Source: Geosiphon pyriformis uo1 (taxonomy: Eukaryota; Fungi; Glomeromycota). Taken from it: a stretch of 64,000 nucleotides of DNA. Positions 1 through 12,599 of this stretch are shown one piece after another (positions within the stretch are counted from its first letter, which is position 1; each line of letters opens with the position of its first letter). The notes beneath the pieces are model-generated. The model searched no databases. It was not told the DNA's origin and was given only the letters and a program-made list of their open reading frames with translations. The DNA lies in NCBI GenBank assembly GCA_016748015.1, contig JAAOMT010000040.1, positions 62,001-126,000 on the forward strand, written 5' to 3'. A program made the translations under genes and the position numbers.

Positions 1-1950
1 ATTGGTTTGGTTCAAGTTCAGTTCAGTTTAATTTAATTAGAACTTTAATACAATATTTTTTTTTAACAAAACTATTTTTTTTTCCAACTTACCAACAATT
101 TTGTTAAAAAAACCCAAATAAATTATAAGTTTATTAATTTTGAGACTAAAAACACTGCTTAAAACCAAATTATCTTTAACAAACTGTTTAAATATATTAA
201 CCAGAAAGCTAACAGGCTTAACAATCAACTCAACTAATACAGAAAGTTTGGCCAGATCAAATTCCAAAGAAAACAACCAAAACAATACCAAAGAGTTACT
301 AATAATAACTAAAGAGAAAACAAAAAGTATTAAAGATAAAAACTCAAAAAAGCTTAAAGAAGCAAAAGCTTTAATATAAAATTTAAAACTTACAAAATAA
401 GAGATAAACATCTTGAAAGGAAAAGATAGAAACACCTTATAATTTACAGCCAAATAGCTTATTTTTTAATATCTAAAACAGTACCAATTTTCAAAAGTTT
501 TCTATTAGATATGGTATTTTTTAGTATATCAGTCTTGATAATTACAGCATCCAAATCAATTTAAGATTCAAACATAATCAGAGCAAACTGAAAATAATAA
601 CCAGAATCAGAAAAGCAAAAAATAAAACACATTTAATTACCAACTTAAAAAATCATATTATTAAGAACAACCAAAAGAAAGATTAACTAACTTGGTCTTA
701 AACCTATCACAAGACAGAATAATCTCATTTTGATTTACCAAAAAAAAAATTTTAACGTTATTTTTATTTATTAAAACTAATCAATGATTCAAAACAAATA
801 CAACAGAGTCCAGTTTTTTAATATAAACAATTACATATTGCCAAATATCAGCAGATTTTAGCACAACACAAATAATTTTACCAAACACACCAAGAACTGT
901 TTTGATATTAGTAATAAATATACCCAAAAGCATATTATATAGTGCAACAGTAGCAGAAAAAGAACCAGACTCAGAAACCACCAAAAACTTGGCAATTTTA
1001 AGAGTTGTTAAACAAACAAAGCTTGTAAACACAACTAAAAAAACAGCTTTCAAAAACTCTTAAAAAGCAAACTTTACATAAAAAAACTTTATATTGTCTT
1101 TTAATACCAATTTTGCATCCAAAAAATCATGTACAGATTGGAAAACAGTCTTAATATAAGTTAATTTGATCTTAAAAATAGTACTAAACACCAGAATAAA
1201 GACTATTTACTTAGCAAATTTTTGATAACTAATAATAGTTTTCCAAACATTATTAATAGCAATACCAAAAACCAGCAGAGAAAATGATTCAGTTTCTATC
1301 TGGTTAGTTCAGTTTTCAAGAACAGGTGACCTTATAAAAGATAGTTGTATTGCTTTTATAATTGGCAAAGATCTACTGGAAAACATCACATTTGGCAATA
1401 TAGTTAGTAATTAATCTTGGCTTATCTTAGATAATATGTCAAATAATATAACAGAAATCTCATTTAAGATCTTATTAACAACCACAAAAAAATTTAGTAT
1501 AATAATAGCAAAAACAAATAACCATTTCCACTTTTTTAAACTTTTGGTTTTTTTGATCATTTTTTTTAAAGAAGAGATATTAGTAGTACTTAGTATAAAA
1601 ACTATGAAAAAAAAACCAATTTGTTAATTAGTCTGTTATTAAAAATTTTTGGCCTCTTTAAAAAGATAGAGACAACATTAGAACTAATTTAAATGTGTTT
1701 CTTTAAGAGAATTTTGACTGATGAAAAACCAGTCAAAGATAAAGAAAATGCTTTAGTAATTACTAAAAGCAGTTTTTCATAATTATTGAATAAAAAAAAG
1801 GCTTCTAAAATGTTTTGTCTAGCTGTATCTACAACAAAAAAAACTTTTCTGGTTGAAACTTTGTAAAATACCAAAGAAAAAAATACTAGTTATAGTTTTT
1901 TTACTCTTTGCTTTGGTTGTAGTCATAAAATTAAAAAAACAAAGAGTTTT
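1..1950 (-). mobile_element. Highly decayed LINE ORF1 (gag-like) relic, cut by the window start
   Basis: Minus-strand ORFs give a coiled-coil-like ORF1 tail (SLEFDLAKLSVLVELIVKPVSFLV...). A 21-nt identity (CTTATAATTTACAGCCAAATA, 436-456 and 22100-22120) links it to another relic. CpG nearly absent. Boundaries approximate. Confidence 0.55.
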
Positions 1951-2518
1951 TTTAAGTTTTTTTCTTTATTTTTGTTATAGTAAAAAAATCTATAAGAGAA
2001 AGTTTTTTTATTTTTAAATTTAAAAATAAATATTATTTATAATTTAATAAAATATTATTTTTATATTATATTATGCAAAGTTTTAAACAAAAAAAATAAC
2101 TGATTTAAAAAGTTTATTAACATTTTTATTTTATTAATATATTTGCTTTGTAAAAATTATGTTAAGTTTAAAAAATAATCAAATCTCACTTTTTACTTCA
2201 AAAACAATTGGAAAATTCAAAACAATTAAAAAAGCAAAAAAGTGTGCTTGGTGATTAATTCCTACTGTTTTGATAACAATGGAAATAACAGCAACAGTGG
2301 TATTTTTAATAATTAAAAAAGAACATGTAAGAAATAACCACCAATTTCATTAGTGTGACGTCATATGTTCACTTTGTTACGCCCCATATGAAGTGAGTGA
2401 GCGGCGGTTGTATTTCTCGACAAAAACAACCAAATATGAAATATTAATTTATTCTCTATTAGATGAAATAATTTTCGATGTTAAGACAGTTTTCAAAATA
2501 AATCAAGAAACTCCAGAG

Positions 2519-4460
2519 TTATGGGTGTTGTTCAAACATTTTCTTGATTGTGTCTGTTGAATATGACTTTGGTCGTTCAATTGGGAATCCCCTAGGAGAG
2601 AGCATTGTATAATAGAGGTTAGAAATTCCTGAGTTGAGCATAGGAAGAACCTCTGAATAAAGTGGATGGTTATAATGACGCATTTGAACTTACAAAGCTC
2701 TGTCCCATATCAATTGGCTCAGGGCTCCAAGAGCTCGTGATACACCAAACAGCACTGTATAATAGTTCTGTTCGACCAATCCATAATATTGTAGCAATGC
2801 ACCAGAATGTGCATCTACGTTTGGCCATGGGTTTTTTGTTTTCCCGTGTTCGGTCAATACTCCAGGCACAATATTATATAACTGTGATACAAGTTTAAAT
2901 AGCGGATCATTTGGAAGATGTTTTTGAGCAAATTCACGTTGGGCTGTATAACGAGGATCCTTTTGTGGAAATATGGAAAAGTAAAAAGGTTAATGAAATG
3001 GAAAAAACCAAACTCAATATTAAGTTATCTTACAGTTTTTCGAAGCACAGCGTGACCATATCCGGGTACCACTCGTCCCGACTTCAATGTAGCCCATACG
3101 TAATCTTTAACAGTTTCATCGGAGGCATTTGAACCAATTTCTTTTTGCATTTTCAGGATCCAACTAATGACTTCCTGATTAGCAAGACTTTAATAATTGA
3201 AAGCAAATTTTGGTCAGTAAAATAATGAAAGCAAAATGGAATGCTCGTGTATTTTCTTACAAAATTTTTAAGAACTGACCCATGTAATGGACCAGCTAAG
3301 CCGTTCAGCGCCGCGGAGAAAGCAAGATATGGATCGGAAAGTGTGCTGCCCACTAAATGCTATAAAGTCAACTTATGATTAATAATTAAATTATTAGATA
3401 AAACCAAAAAATTACGAGTAAAATTTTTACCGCTGTATGGGCAGAAACATTTCCACCTTCATGATCCGAATGAATAGTAAGGTATAACCTTAATAATTCG
3501 ACGAAATCCTTGTTACTTTCGTATCCCAATACCTTTGCCAAATTATAAGAATAATCCTTGTCCTGGTCGATGGCGGGGACCTTGCCATCTCTGAAGGCGT
3601 TTCGGTAAATCCTTCCGGCAATATTAGGAAGTTTCGCAATGAGGTCCATTGTGTCCTCAAAAGTATGTTTCCAATACTCGTTTTTGTTAACACCTGACTG
3701 GTAGGCTTTTGCAAAATCGGAATCATTCTGCAGTGCAATGACAGCTAAAGAAAATTGAGACATAGGATGCAAGGTACTGGGACATCGATCAATTAGTTCC
3801 TCGACAAAAGATGGGATCCCAGAACGAGCAGCCCATTCAGCCGATAGTTGCCTAACTTGCTGTTCTGAAGGAACTTCACCAGTTACAAGGAGCCAAAATA
3901 GCCCTTCAGGTAGAGGTTCATCACCACCCTCAGCTTTTGGAAGAAGTGTTTGACATTCGGCGATTGTAAGTCCCCGGAATTTGATCCCTTCATCTGGATC
4001 AAGTACCGAACCTTCCCAAATCAATCCCTTAATGCCACGCATTCCTCCATAAGCCATATCAACAGTGACATTGCCCAGACTTTTGGCGCCATGTTCTTTT
4101 TTTACTCGTTTAACTTCCTCTTGCTTTTCAGGGATTATTTGCGCAAGTCGTTCTTTTAAGCTCTTAAGCAAAAACTCATGATTCAATATTTTCTGACTAA
4201 AATTGCGAATTAAAATGAAAATGCTATGGTTACCTTTACTTTTGAACCAGTTATAAAACGGGCGTTCCTGATAGCGCTTACAATCGTCGGACTTGCTTGA
4301 CGATTGTAAAGAGAAACGGACTATTGTGTAGAGCCAGATTTATAAAAACTTGATTTTAACGATATTTTCCGCAATGGTTTTAAACAACTTCATAAAAAGT
4401 ATCAAAACTAACCTTTGAGAAAGTGTGAGCAGTACGAGAATAGGCGCGTATAAAAGACAT
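2519..4460 (-). CDS. CIT1: Mitochondrial citrate synthase, 7 exons, 479 aa
   Basis: Exons 4460-4413, 4320-4234, 4162-3431, 3359-3280, 3187-3034, 2959-2694 and 2591-2519 join in frame over GT-AG introns. Motifs [65 protein letters not shown]. Arg/Ser-rich N-terminal presequence ([16 protein letters not shown]). Confidence 0.97.
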
Positions 4461-4516
4461 AATTTAAAAAAGGCGATAAACAGACAACCGGAAAAAAAAT
4501 TTCATTATTGACAAGC

Positions 4517-4523
4517 TGAGTCA
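4517..4523. promoter_or_regulatory. AP-1/Gcn4-type bZIP site TGAGTCA upstream of citrate synthase
   Basis: Exact TGAGTCA about 57 nt upstream of the ATG. Motif match only. Confidence 0.3.
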
Positions 4524-6519
4524 ACGTTTAAATTTGGTTTAACGTGCCACATTCAAGATAGTAGGATACCCGCAATTACCTTATGATGTCATTAATTTTT
4601 TGTAAATCAGAAATAAAAGTAGTAAGAGTCATTATCTCTCAGAAATTACAAAAGCTAAAAAATTCCCGACATGTCCGAAGTTCGAAACGTGGGCATATTA
4701 GACTAACCTTCACTTTACACGCTATTCACCAATCATCCAAACGGGACTAAGCCTATATAATCGCGGCACAATAACTAGATAAACTAAGGGGTATTCATTA
4801 ACATATGTTCCCCAGCATTTACGCCATGTGTATAAAAAAATGCAAAAATAAAAAGTTTAAATTATATCCCGAAAAAGATAATCAACTAAATGGCCGAAAA
4901 CAACCAAAATTCTAGCGAACAAGCTACTTTCTATGCTCGAACGCCTTAAGTAATAGTAAAGAACTTCTCGTTTTTAAAAAAAGACTTGATCATTGAGTTT
5001 TTTATTACCACTAATTTTGTCCAAAAAGATATACATCCTTCCACCCAGCAATCCCAAAAGTTGCGCAAATTTTTCTAATGACAGCCATCAGCCAAACAGA
5101 AAAAGGTTATTCTTCGCAAAGATGAAACTTGGACGAAAATTGGCGTATTTGTCATTTAGTGCCAAGAGATTAAAATTGGAAACTTTCCTTTTTAAAATAG
5201 AATGCTTGTGCTATTGTCCCTTGAATATCTTAAATCATATAATTAACAGGTTAATAATACAAACATTAATTTAAAGTTATTTTTCTTATTTTGCAAATTG
5301 ATCCAGGTTTATAAACAGTTAATCATCTTTAAAAAGTAAATATTTATTTCAAACTTTAAAGATATGTATTAAAAAGATATCATATCTGAAATCACATCTT
5401 TAATGTAAAGAATATAAATTTAATATTATCGCATATATCTTTAGAGATTTTAAATATTTATTAGAATTTTAAAAAAAATTTTACTTATTAAATGTAATTT
5501 ATATTTTATAGTAAATATATAATTAATAAAGTTTAATTGAAAATTTTTAACTTAAAAAGTTAATATTTATATATTTTTATTAAAACCTTTTATTTTATTA
5601 TTACTTAAAAAATATTTATTGTAATTTTTTTTGGTATTATTAAGATCTTTAAACAATAAAACAACATTTTTAACAATATGGTTCAATCTAATTTTAAAAA
5701 ATTTGGGTTTTTATTACAAAAGTAAAATTGTTTTTAACAGTTTAATAAAAAAATAAATCTGAATTATTAAAAAACCAATAGACTTAATTATAAATTCCAA
5801 GAAATTCAGTCTGGAAATAAGCTTTTTATTAAACATAATAAGATAAAACACAGTAATGGCTTTGGAATAAAAAATTGAATTAACAAATCTATTAATAAAA
5901 ACTTTAACCATAATAAGCCAGTTAAATTAATTAATATTTTAAAAGCAATTATAATAATAAATATTTATATTTACAAAAAATAATTTAATAATAAAAATAC
6001 TTGAATAATAAATTTTATTTATTAATATTTAGTAATAATAACTTTAAAAAAATTAATTAAAAACCAATTAATTAACAATTATTAATCTTGTTAAAAAATT
6101 GGCAAAATTTAAAAAATAATTTTTAACTATAACGCGCAAGCATTTTTTGCTATCATTCAATCCCAAATCATTGTTTTACTCACTCAAGTATCATCATCAT
6201 CAAACCCGTCTCTGGTTTTTTTAAAACCAAACACGCGTTCTGGCTTCTTAAAGGTTACCGCTCTACAAATAAAGCTTCCTTTTTTTGACCCACGAACTTT
6301 ATCACGTGATTGCAACGTTTTGCACCCAATATTCGCCACATTTGCTTAGGCGCTTTATGTTTTTACAATGGTACTCCGAAACAACTACCTGGGATCCAAT
6401 TGATCAACAGAATAGACTCTGGGTGAGTTCGCAATTGATCCACTGCAAACCATTTTAATGATAAGAAAATGATTAAATATAAAAAAAAAGTCCACATTTG
6501 TGGTGATTTCAAGTTGAGT

Positions 6520-6655
6520 GGCATCTCATGATGAATTACAGATGTGTATAATAGGGTCAGATTTGTCTGCTAAATTTGAAGATGCTTCGGAACATCCAAA
6601 AGACTACTTATCAGCTGGGTGTTGAACTATTCATTCGCCGTAACTCTGAAGTGCT
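6520..6655 (+). ncRNA. Candidate intronic box C/D snoRNA or structured RNA, copy 1
   Basis: Box C ATGATGA 6528-6534, C'-like GTGTTGA 6619-6625, box D CTGA 6646-6649, terminal stem GGCAT/GTGCT. Lies between a GTGAGT donor (6423) and a TTTCTGCATAG acceptor (6811). Confidence 0.5.
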
Positions 6656-6664
6656 CTTGTACGT

Positions 6665-6785
6665 TGTTGCAATGAAGACAATATACGTGACGGTCAAATT
6701 TGTCTTTGGCTTCCTGTGGCACATCCAAAGAGCTATTTTTCAGCTGGGTGTTGAACTATTCGTTTGCCACAGATTCACATGAATG
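6665..6785 (+). ncRNA. Paralogous second copy of the structured RNA (degenerate C/D boxes)
   Basis: Shares GGTCARATTTGTCT, ACATCCAAA and the 22-mer TCAGCTGGGTGTTGAACTATTC (6611-6632 vs 6740-6761) with copy 1. C-like ATGAAGA 6672-6678 and D-like ATGA 6779-6782. Confidence 0.35.
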
Positions 6786-7405
6786 GGTTGGTCTTATTTG
6801 TTTCTGCATAGTTCTTCGAAGACATTGAATTTTTTTGCTCAAGAGATGGAAAGACAACAAGACAAAGATAGGCTATTTTTACTTTTCTTTCTTTCATGCA
6901 GTAGAATTACAAAAAAGACAATGAACACGCCTAGAGAACAAGCCGAGTTGATGAAGAAATCTTTGTCATAATGAGCACGATGGAGAACTATATTTAGAAT
7001 TTGCTTCGGGATTTGGTTGGTTCTTCTCGATCCTTTATTCTTACAAGATTTGTGGCTAAAAATGAGCCTTAGATTGTAGAAGGCAGCCAATACAATTATT
7101 CAGAAACTCTTAACAATCGGGACTGGCGTCGCGAGGTATCGGAGCATCTTTCTTTCAGAAGCAGATTTGGCAAGCGTCATGAATTAAGCATGAGGTAGTG
7201 TCTTTGGAGCGAGGTTTGTATTGATATTTTTTTGTTTTATATAATTCTACTTGTCTTCATATCTATTATTAGGCAAATCAAATCACTGATAGTAAATAGG
7301 CATCGATGGAAACTTTATGCAGGTCTAAATGAAATTAATTTCAAATTTGACTTACTGGACACCTGCCACCAACACAAATGAGGTAGCTCAAATAAAAACT
7401 GTGAA

Positions 7406-8630
7406 ATGTTTATATATAATAGTAGTGCTGTCGCTGAAGGTAGCACCAGCCAGTCTGGCACTGCAGAACAGGAAAAAGATAGCATCAACGTACCTAAAGC
7501 AAAAGAGCAAGAAATAGAGGATGTAACTAGTATTAAGCCTACTACGACTATCCCTATGACTACTTCTACCACAAACGGTAACTACTTACCTGACTCGAGA
7601 ATAGAAACAACCGTCAGGACGACGAAGACTATGAGTAATTTCTCAGACACCAATGCCACCACAAACTCATCACCTAACTCCGCTTCATTGCCATATAAAC
7701 CAACCCCTAAAATGACCATACACTCCGAGACAGATAATCAAGATAGTTCCCACTCAAACCCCTTAAATTTTCCCAACACTCCAATAACGTATCCTCATTA
7801 TTCAGAAGATCCTGATATCGACCCAAAACATATCTCGGATATAGCTGAGGATGGAATGCTCGCGTTACGACTCTCTGAAATGAACGGGTCGAGCCCTTCA
7901 GGACAAGGGACTCCAAACCATGAAACAATGTCTTCGTCGAACCGGAGCACTTCTGCAATTGTTCCTAACCCGAAACAGTTAATAAGAATAGAGAGAGATT
8001 ATTCACGCGGAGAATTATGTCAGTTCTATACCGCTTTCCCGTTGGAAATTGATGGACGGGTGAGAAAACTTGTCTAGATATCACCATTCAATGAATTATT
8101 TGTTTGAAAATAATCCACAATATTTATTTTGTAATTTTCACCGATTCTTTCATAGATAAATCCCCTTCAATTTCAAGAGACCATCGCAACTTTGAATGAA
8201 CTATTAGAAAGAGCTCATAGTCCTAAATATAATTGGATGGATAATTTGCTTGCTTGCCTCACCTTATACACCTCAACATTCTGTATAAGATCCCATTATG
8301 ATCGAGTAAGGCAAAAAGTATTCTTTCATTCGACAAATTTTAGGAGCTCATCTGAACTAATATTCTTGTACCCTTTTAGATGGTGGAGGAAATATGTAAA
8401 TTTCTGGACAATGAAAACAAAACCACTTATAATGCTCAAGGGCTCAATTTTCGAAATCCGCAAAAGACAGCCTTTCTATTTGTATCCTTTTTCAATTAGC
8501 ATTAAATTGAAGCTGGGAAACTTTTGCAATATTAAGGAGCGGGTGATCATGCCCAACTTACAGACATTTCATTATTAACTTTTGACTCAAAAAATTTTTC
8601 AATTTATAGCTTGAACTGGAAATATATTAA
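7406..8630 (+). CDS. ERF4: ERF4/Golgin subfamily A member 7 family protein (Ras palmitoyltransferase subunit) with a long Ser/Thr-rich N-terminus
   Basis: Exons ...-8059, 8156-8305, 8380-8481 and 8610-8630 give IRIERDYSRGELCQFYTAFPLEIDGR|INPLQFQETIATLNELL...SHYDR|MVEEICKFLDNENKTTYNAQGLNFRNPQKTAFLF|LELEIY*. The start is uncertain: ATG 7406 or a short upstream exon. Confidence 0.88.
8482..8609 (+). other. Candidate U12-type (minor spliceosome) GT-AG intron
   Basis: 5' splice site GTATCCTTT matches the RTATCCTTT U12 consensus. Imperfect branch-like sequences at 8568-8586. Confidence 0.6.
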
Positions 8631-9851
8631 TGAAAAAGGATACAAAAATCCAAAAAAATTCACTCAGTAAAACCCGACATTGATTTTCTGGCATGATCGA
8701 ACAATTTTAGCATTTTATTAATTTTTTCTTTTCCTTTTCACTTTTTGTCTTTATTCTAACACTTGTTTTTTGTTGGTTTACTCTTTTTGTAACAATATAC
8801 AATGTACATTTGAGATCATATCAGTCTACTTTTCACACTCACATATAGAAAATTTTTTCAAGCACTGCACACATCTAAATCTAATTTTAAACAAAACACC
8901 TTCATTTCAATAACAATCAATTTCAATCACACATGACCAAAATCTTTCTTGGGTTTTTCCTTTGATAGAGAACGTTATCATAGGGAATTTAGAATATGAT
9001 CAGATCAAAAACTAAATCTAATCCCATTTCCAAACTCCTGATGTAATCTTGGGACTATGTTTTAACTTGGCTTAAAACTTTCTTTTTGAAAATTAGCTTA
9101 ATATAATATGCATCAGATTCCACATCATTCACTTAATATAGCTTGAAAATTCTGTAATTTGTGTATCTTCAGCCAGGTCAGTTTCTTGGGATGAAAGAGA
9201 AATTTTAATGACTGAGACAATATTTAAATAAGCCTTCAAGTTATATCAGTAGTGCCTTTTTGCTAAATGGTTTACAGAGGTGGCTTTACCATGGTCTTCA
9301 AAACAAAACTATTTTGTATGGACTAGAGAAAAAATCAGAATTGACTAACGCATACATGCAATTAAGAAAGCAAAGAGGGACGTAAAAAAGTGGATATATA
9401 CAAGCAGGACCAAATTATATGTTTTGAGTGTCCACTGGTTTACTCCACTTACATAAAAATATGAAGGGCTTATCCAATCAATATTGCTCACAAAATTACC
9501 ACTGAATAGAAGCTTACGTTATGTTAAATTTGTTACGGACATGTTTCCAAACCAAATCGCATGCGATTTGCGAAAAAGGTGATGGAATATTGTTTTAAAG
9601 GTTGACTACACCTAATATCCATTTTCGAAAATTTTGGATTCCGTCACTGCTTAAAATAAATTAACTGTATTTCCCTTTTTGGCCTAAAAATTCTATTAAT
9701 GTTCAATGAATGATAAAGTGAAGGTAAACAAGGCGCCGGTATTGTGTTGATGGGGCAAAACCGCATGAAATTTATAGCGTTTGCTGTTAAAATTGATTAC
9801 TGATCCAAGATATCATTCTCTATTACTTTGGTTCTCCTCCCCCTTTTATTT

Positions 9852-11880
9852 TTACCATATTAGGGTTTGTGAATTGTGTTTAGCCATATCTTGGAAATTA
9901 ATTTGATCAGGTTAGTCGTTTAGATTTTTAAGAATGCATATGGTCCATACATACCTATAACTCGCCAGCCACTGGTCACTGGATCGGTGAGTCGGTCCTC
10001 CTGTATCGTGAGCACACATGCGTATGTGACTTGCTCAATTTGATCCTCCTTACCATAAACAAGCTCACTCGTTAATCGATCACGAAATACAACAACTTCT
10101 TGAGTGTTAAACGAGATCACCAGTACTGGTACTTCGTTGTCGAGTACTTTGGCAGTGACAAGCTGTCGTTAAAAATAGCTTTAGTTATAATGCAAGGAAG
10201 ACAAATACTTCAAGAGAAAATTTCCTAAAGTACCTCTACGTTTCGGAGATCTAGAATCTTACAATCACTAACCAAACCTTGTTGTGTTTGAGCTTGAAGA
10301 CCATGAGTCAGAACATTGAAAGTCTATCGAATTAAAGGATTCTCATTAGAGTAGAATTGTAATTTACTTGGAAACTATTTTGTTCCCGCTACTTACAGCT
10401 TCCGAACACCATTCTCGCAATGTTTCAACATCACCCTTCAGATAAGCCTCCATAATCTCGGGAACAATATAGGTACGAGCCTCCCTCATAAAATTCTCAA
10501 TATTAAATTGTGGATTTATGAATTTTATTTGCGATATAGCTTTTGCCGTTTCGTTTTCATCAAAAAAGGATCCTGTGAGAAAAATAAAGATCAATAAAAA
10601 ATTAATTGATTTAGATCTTCTAGTTTTAGTAGAGATAAAAGCATACCAAAAGCCTCAGATATCCGATCAGTTACTGCACGCGCATAAGCAACAACAACAT
10701 TATCACTATCCTCGTAATTCCGTTTCAAGCTGAAAATGCCTTTTATATATATAAATGAGGTTTAGTCCTATTTCCAAGAAAAATAGAAATAATAATTGAA
10801 GAAAAATACTCACCTTGCATTACACGGTTTGAATCTCTAAAATTGTTCCAGCTCTCTTTCCATGCAGAATCTTTATGAAGCACTATAGAGGATCCAGCTC
10901 TTTTGAAAAGTGAAACATTCAAAATCGGGACATTTGTTACATATATAATATAAAGCGGTAAATAGAAAAACAAACGTACTCTGGGTCTTCATTCATTTTC
11001 CGAACTTTTGGTCCACCACCATGATCTAGCATCGCTTCTTCCCGTACTTTTCGCCGCGTTTCTTTATCTATAAATCCTCCATAACGTGAGGAACTATCTT
11101 CCACGGTTTCTTTCAAAGTGTTGCGCACCGTACTGTAAACTTTTGTTTGTCTGATGGGTTCAGTGGTGCTAGAGACTTTCTCTGCGAAATCAGAGATCTT
11201 CATTAAATAGACATGTGGTGATTAAGTTTTCTACTTAGTTTATTGAAAAAAATAGAAGATCCAAATGAGGTGAAATGCGTACCTTCTCTTTACTCTCTTT
11301 TACGAATTCAGTTTCTGAGACCTCTTTTAATGTCTCTGATACGGTGGATCCAATCCTTTCTGCTGACTTTTTTAACTCTTCAACGGATTGCTTTATTGCT
11401 TCGGAGCCAATGCTAGTTGTTGTTTCAGCCCCTTCCTTTTAATTTTGAAAATGTAAAGATAGAATGTCCAATTCCCACAAACTTCAGCTTTGGACCTTTC
11501 GCAGGATAGCAACATTGAGCCCATCATTTTAATTCTAATATTTTGTCAAACAAAACACACACCTTAGCCCTTTCATAGACCTTTTTAGCCTTTCTTAAAG
11601 CCTCACTTTCACCCAATGATCCGGCTTGATCTTGCAACAGCTTCATGTTCTGCTGTAGCTCCTTATTCTTTTGAATTTGTGCCTTGAACGTCTCCATGAA
11701 CTTTGCGAAAGCACTTACACTCCTTCTTGGTTGCTCTTTAGCACCAGCAAAGTTACAGCGTTCTATCAGAGGTGAGTTGCGGATGTTGATCGTCATTAAT
11801 AAAGGTTTTAGCCGTGACGGTCTTATGAAGACTGTTGTGTACGAATTCCCCGTCGCAGTCAGTACACGACGGAAAACCAT
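9852..11880 (-). CDS. TIM44: Mitochondrial import inner membrane translocase subunit Tim44, multi-exon
   Basis: Presequence plus FAKFMETFKAQIQKNKELQQNMKLLQDQAGSLGESEALRKAK. SSRYGGFIDKETRR. Tim44 domain FNIENFMREARTYIVPEIMEAYLKGDVETLREWCSEA...ISFNTQEVVVFRD...GWRVI|DMAKHNSQTLIW*. Confidence 0.95.
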
Positions 11881-12005
11881 TAGAAAAGATTGTGCTTTGA
11901 AAGTTTTAATTCGCTAAAAACTGGCTGAAGCTTCGGTGAAGAAGTATAGGTATATTTTGAAGCAATTCAAATGCGCGAAACAATAATTTTTGGCCAGGCA
12001 AATCT

Positions 12006-12023
12006 ATGACTCAGATGAGTCAT
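12006..12023. promoter_or_regulatory. Twin inverted AP-1/Gcn4 sites ATGACTCA-GA-TGAGTCAT upstream of TIM44
   Basis: Two perfect TGA(C/G)TCA cores in an inverted repeat about 125 nt upstream of the TIM44 ATG. Confidence 0.4.
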
Positions 12024-12599
12024 TGTCAGTGTAATTTCACAAAAGATTTATCTTTACTTTTTTAATTATAATTAAATTTGTTTAAATAAAGAAACTAAAT
12101 AATTTATTTTGACTTTAATTAATTTGATTAATTTCATTTATTACTATTCAATTATAATTTGAAAAGTCAAATGAAAGAGTTAAATAATTTACCTATATTC
12201 CAATTAATAAGTTTAACTAAAAACCAAGAAAATCTAAATCATTGTATTTAAACAATCTATGCTCAAATATCAAGTTTACAATATAGCATTGATATAAAAA
12301 ATAGTTAAGAGGAAAAGAGGTTTGGCTTTTTTAATAATATTTACATCATATTCTTCTGCACTTTTTTTAAGTTTTTCGACAATGTCTTTGATTTGTTATA
12401 ATAATGCAAGAAAGAAAGAGTTCAGAATTTTAGCCTATTCTGTTATTAATCTAGTTGTACAAACGGACAAATAAGTAGAGTGCCGTATTTGACGCGTTTC
12501 ATAATCCCAATCCAAAACGCGCTTTGCCTTTGAACCTTTGATTTTCCTTTCGAATCACTAATTAACCACGTCCGAAAAGCCAAGAAAAAATCATCCAAG

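Noticed and set aside
5450-6100. AT island with a faint LINE ORF1-like translation
   Set aside because: Probably another relic, but the motifs are too eroded to support as a feature.
6545-6600. Minus-strand snoRNA or rRNA fragment (GATTTGTCTGCTAAATT resembles 18S sense sequence)
   Set aside because: Short match with no good C box or terminal stem on that strand. The plus-strand model fits better, though it is not excluded without an Rfam scan.
6592-6768. CRISPR-like repeat-spacer array
   Set aside because: Only two units, similarity extends into the would-be spacer, eukaryotic context and no cas genes.
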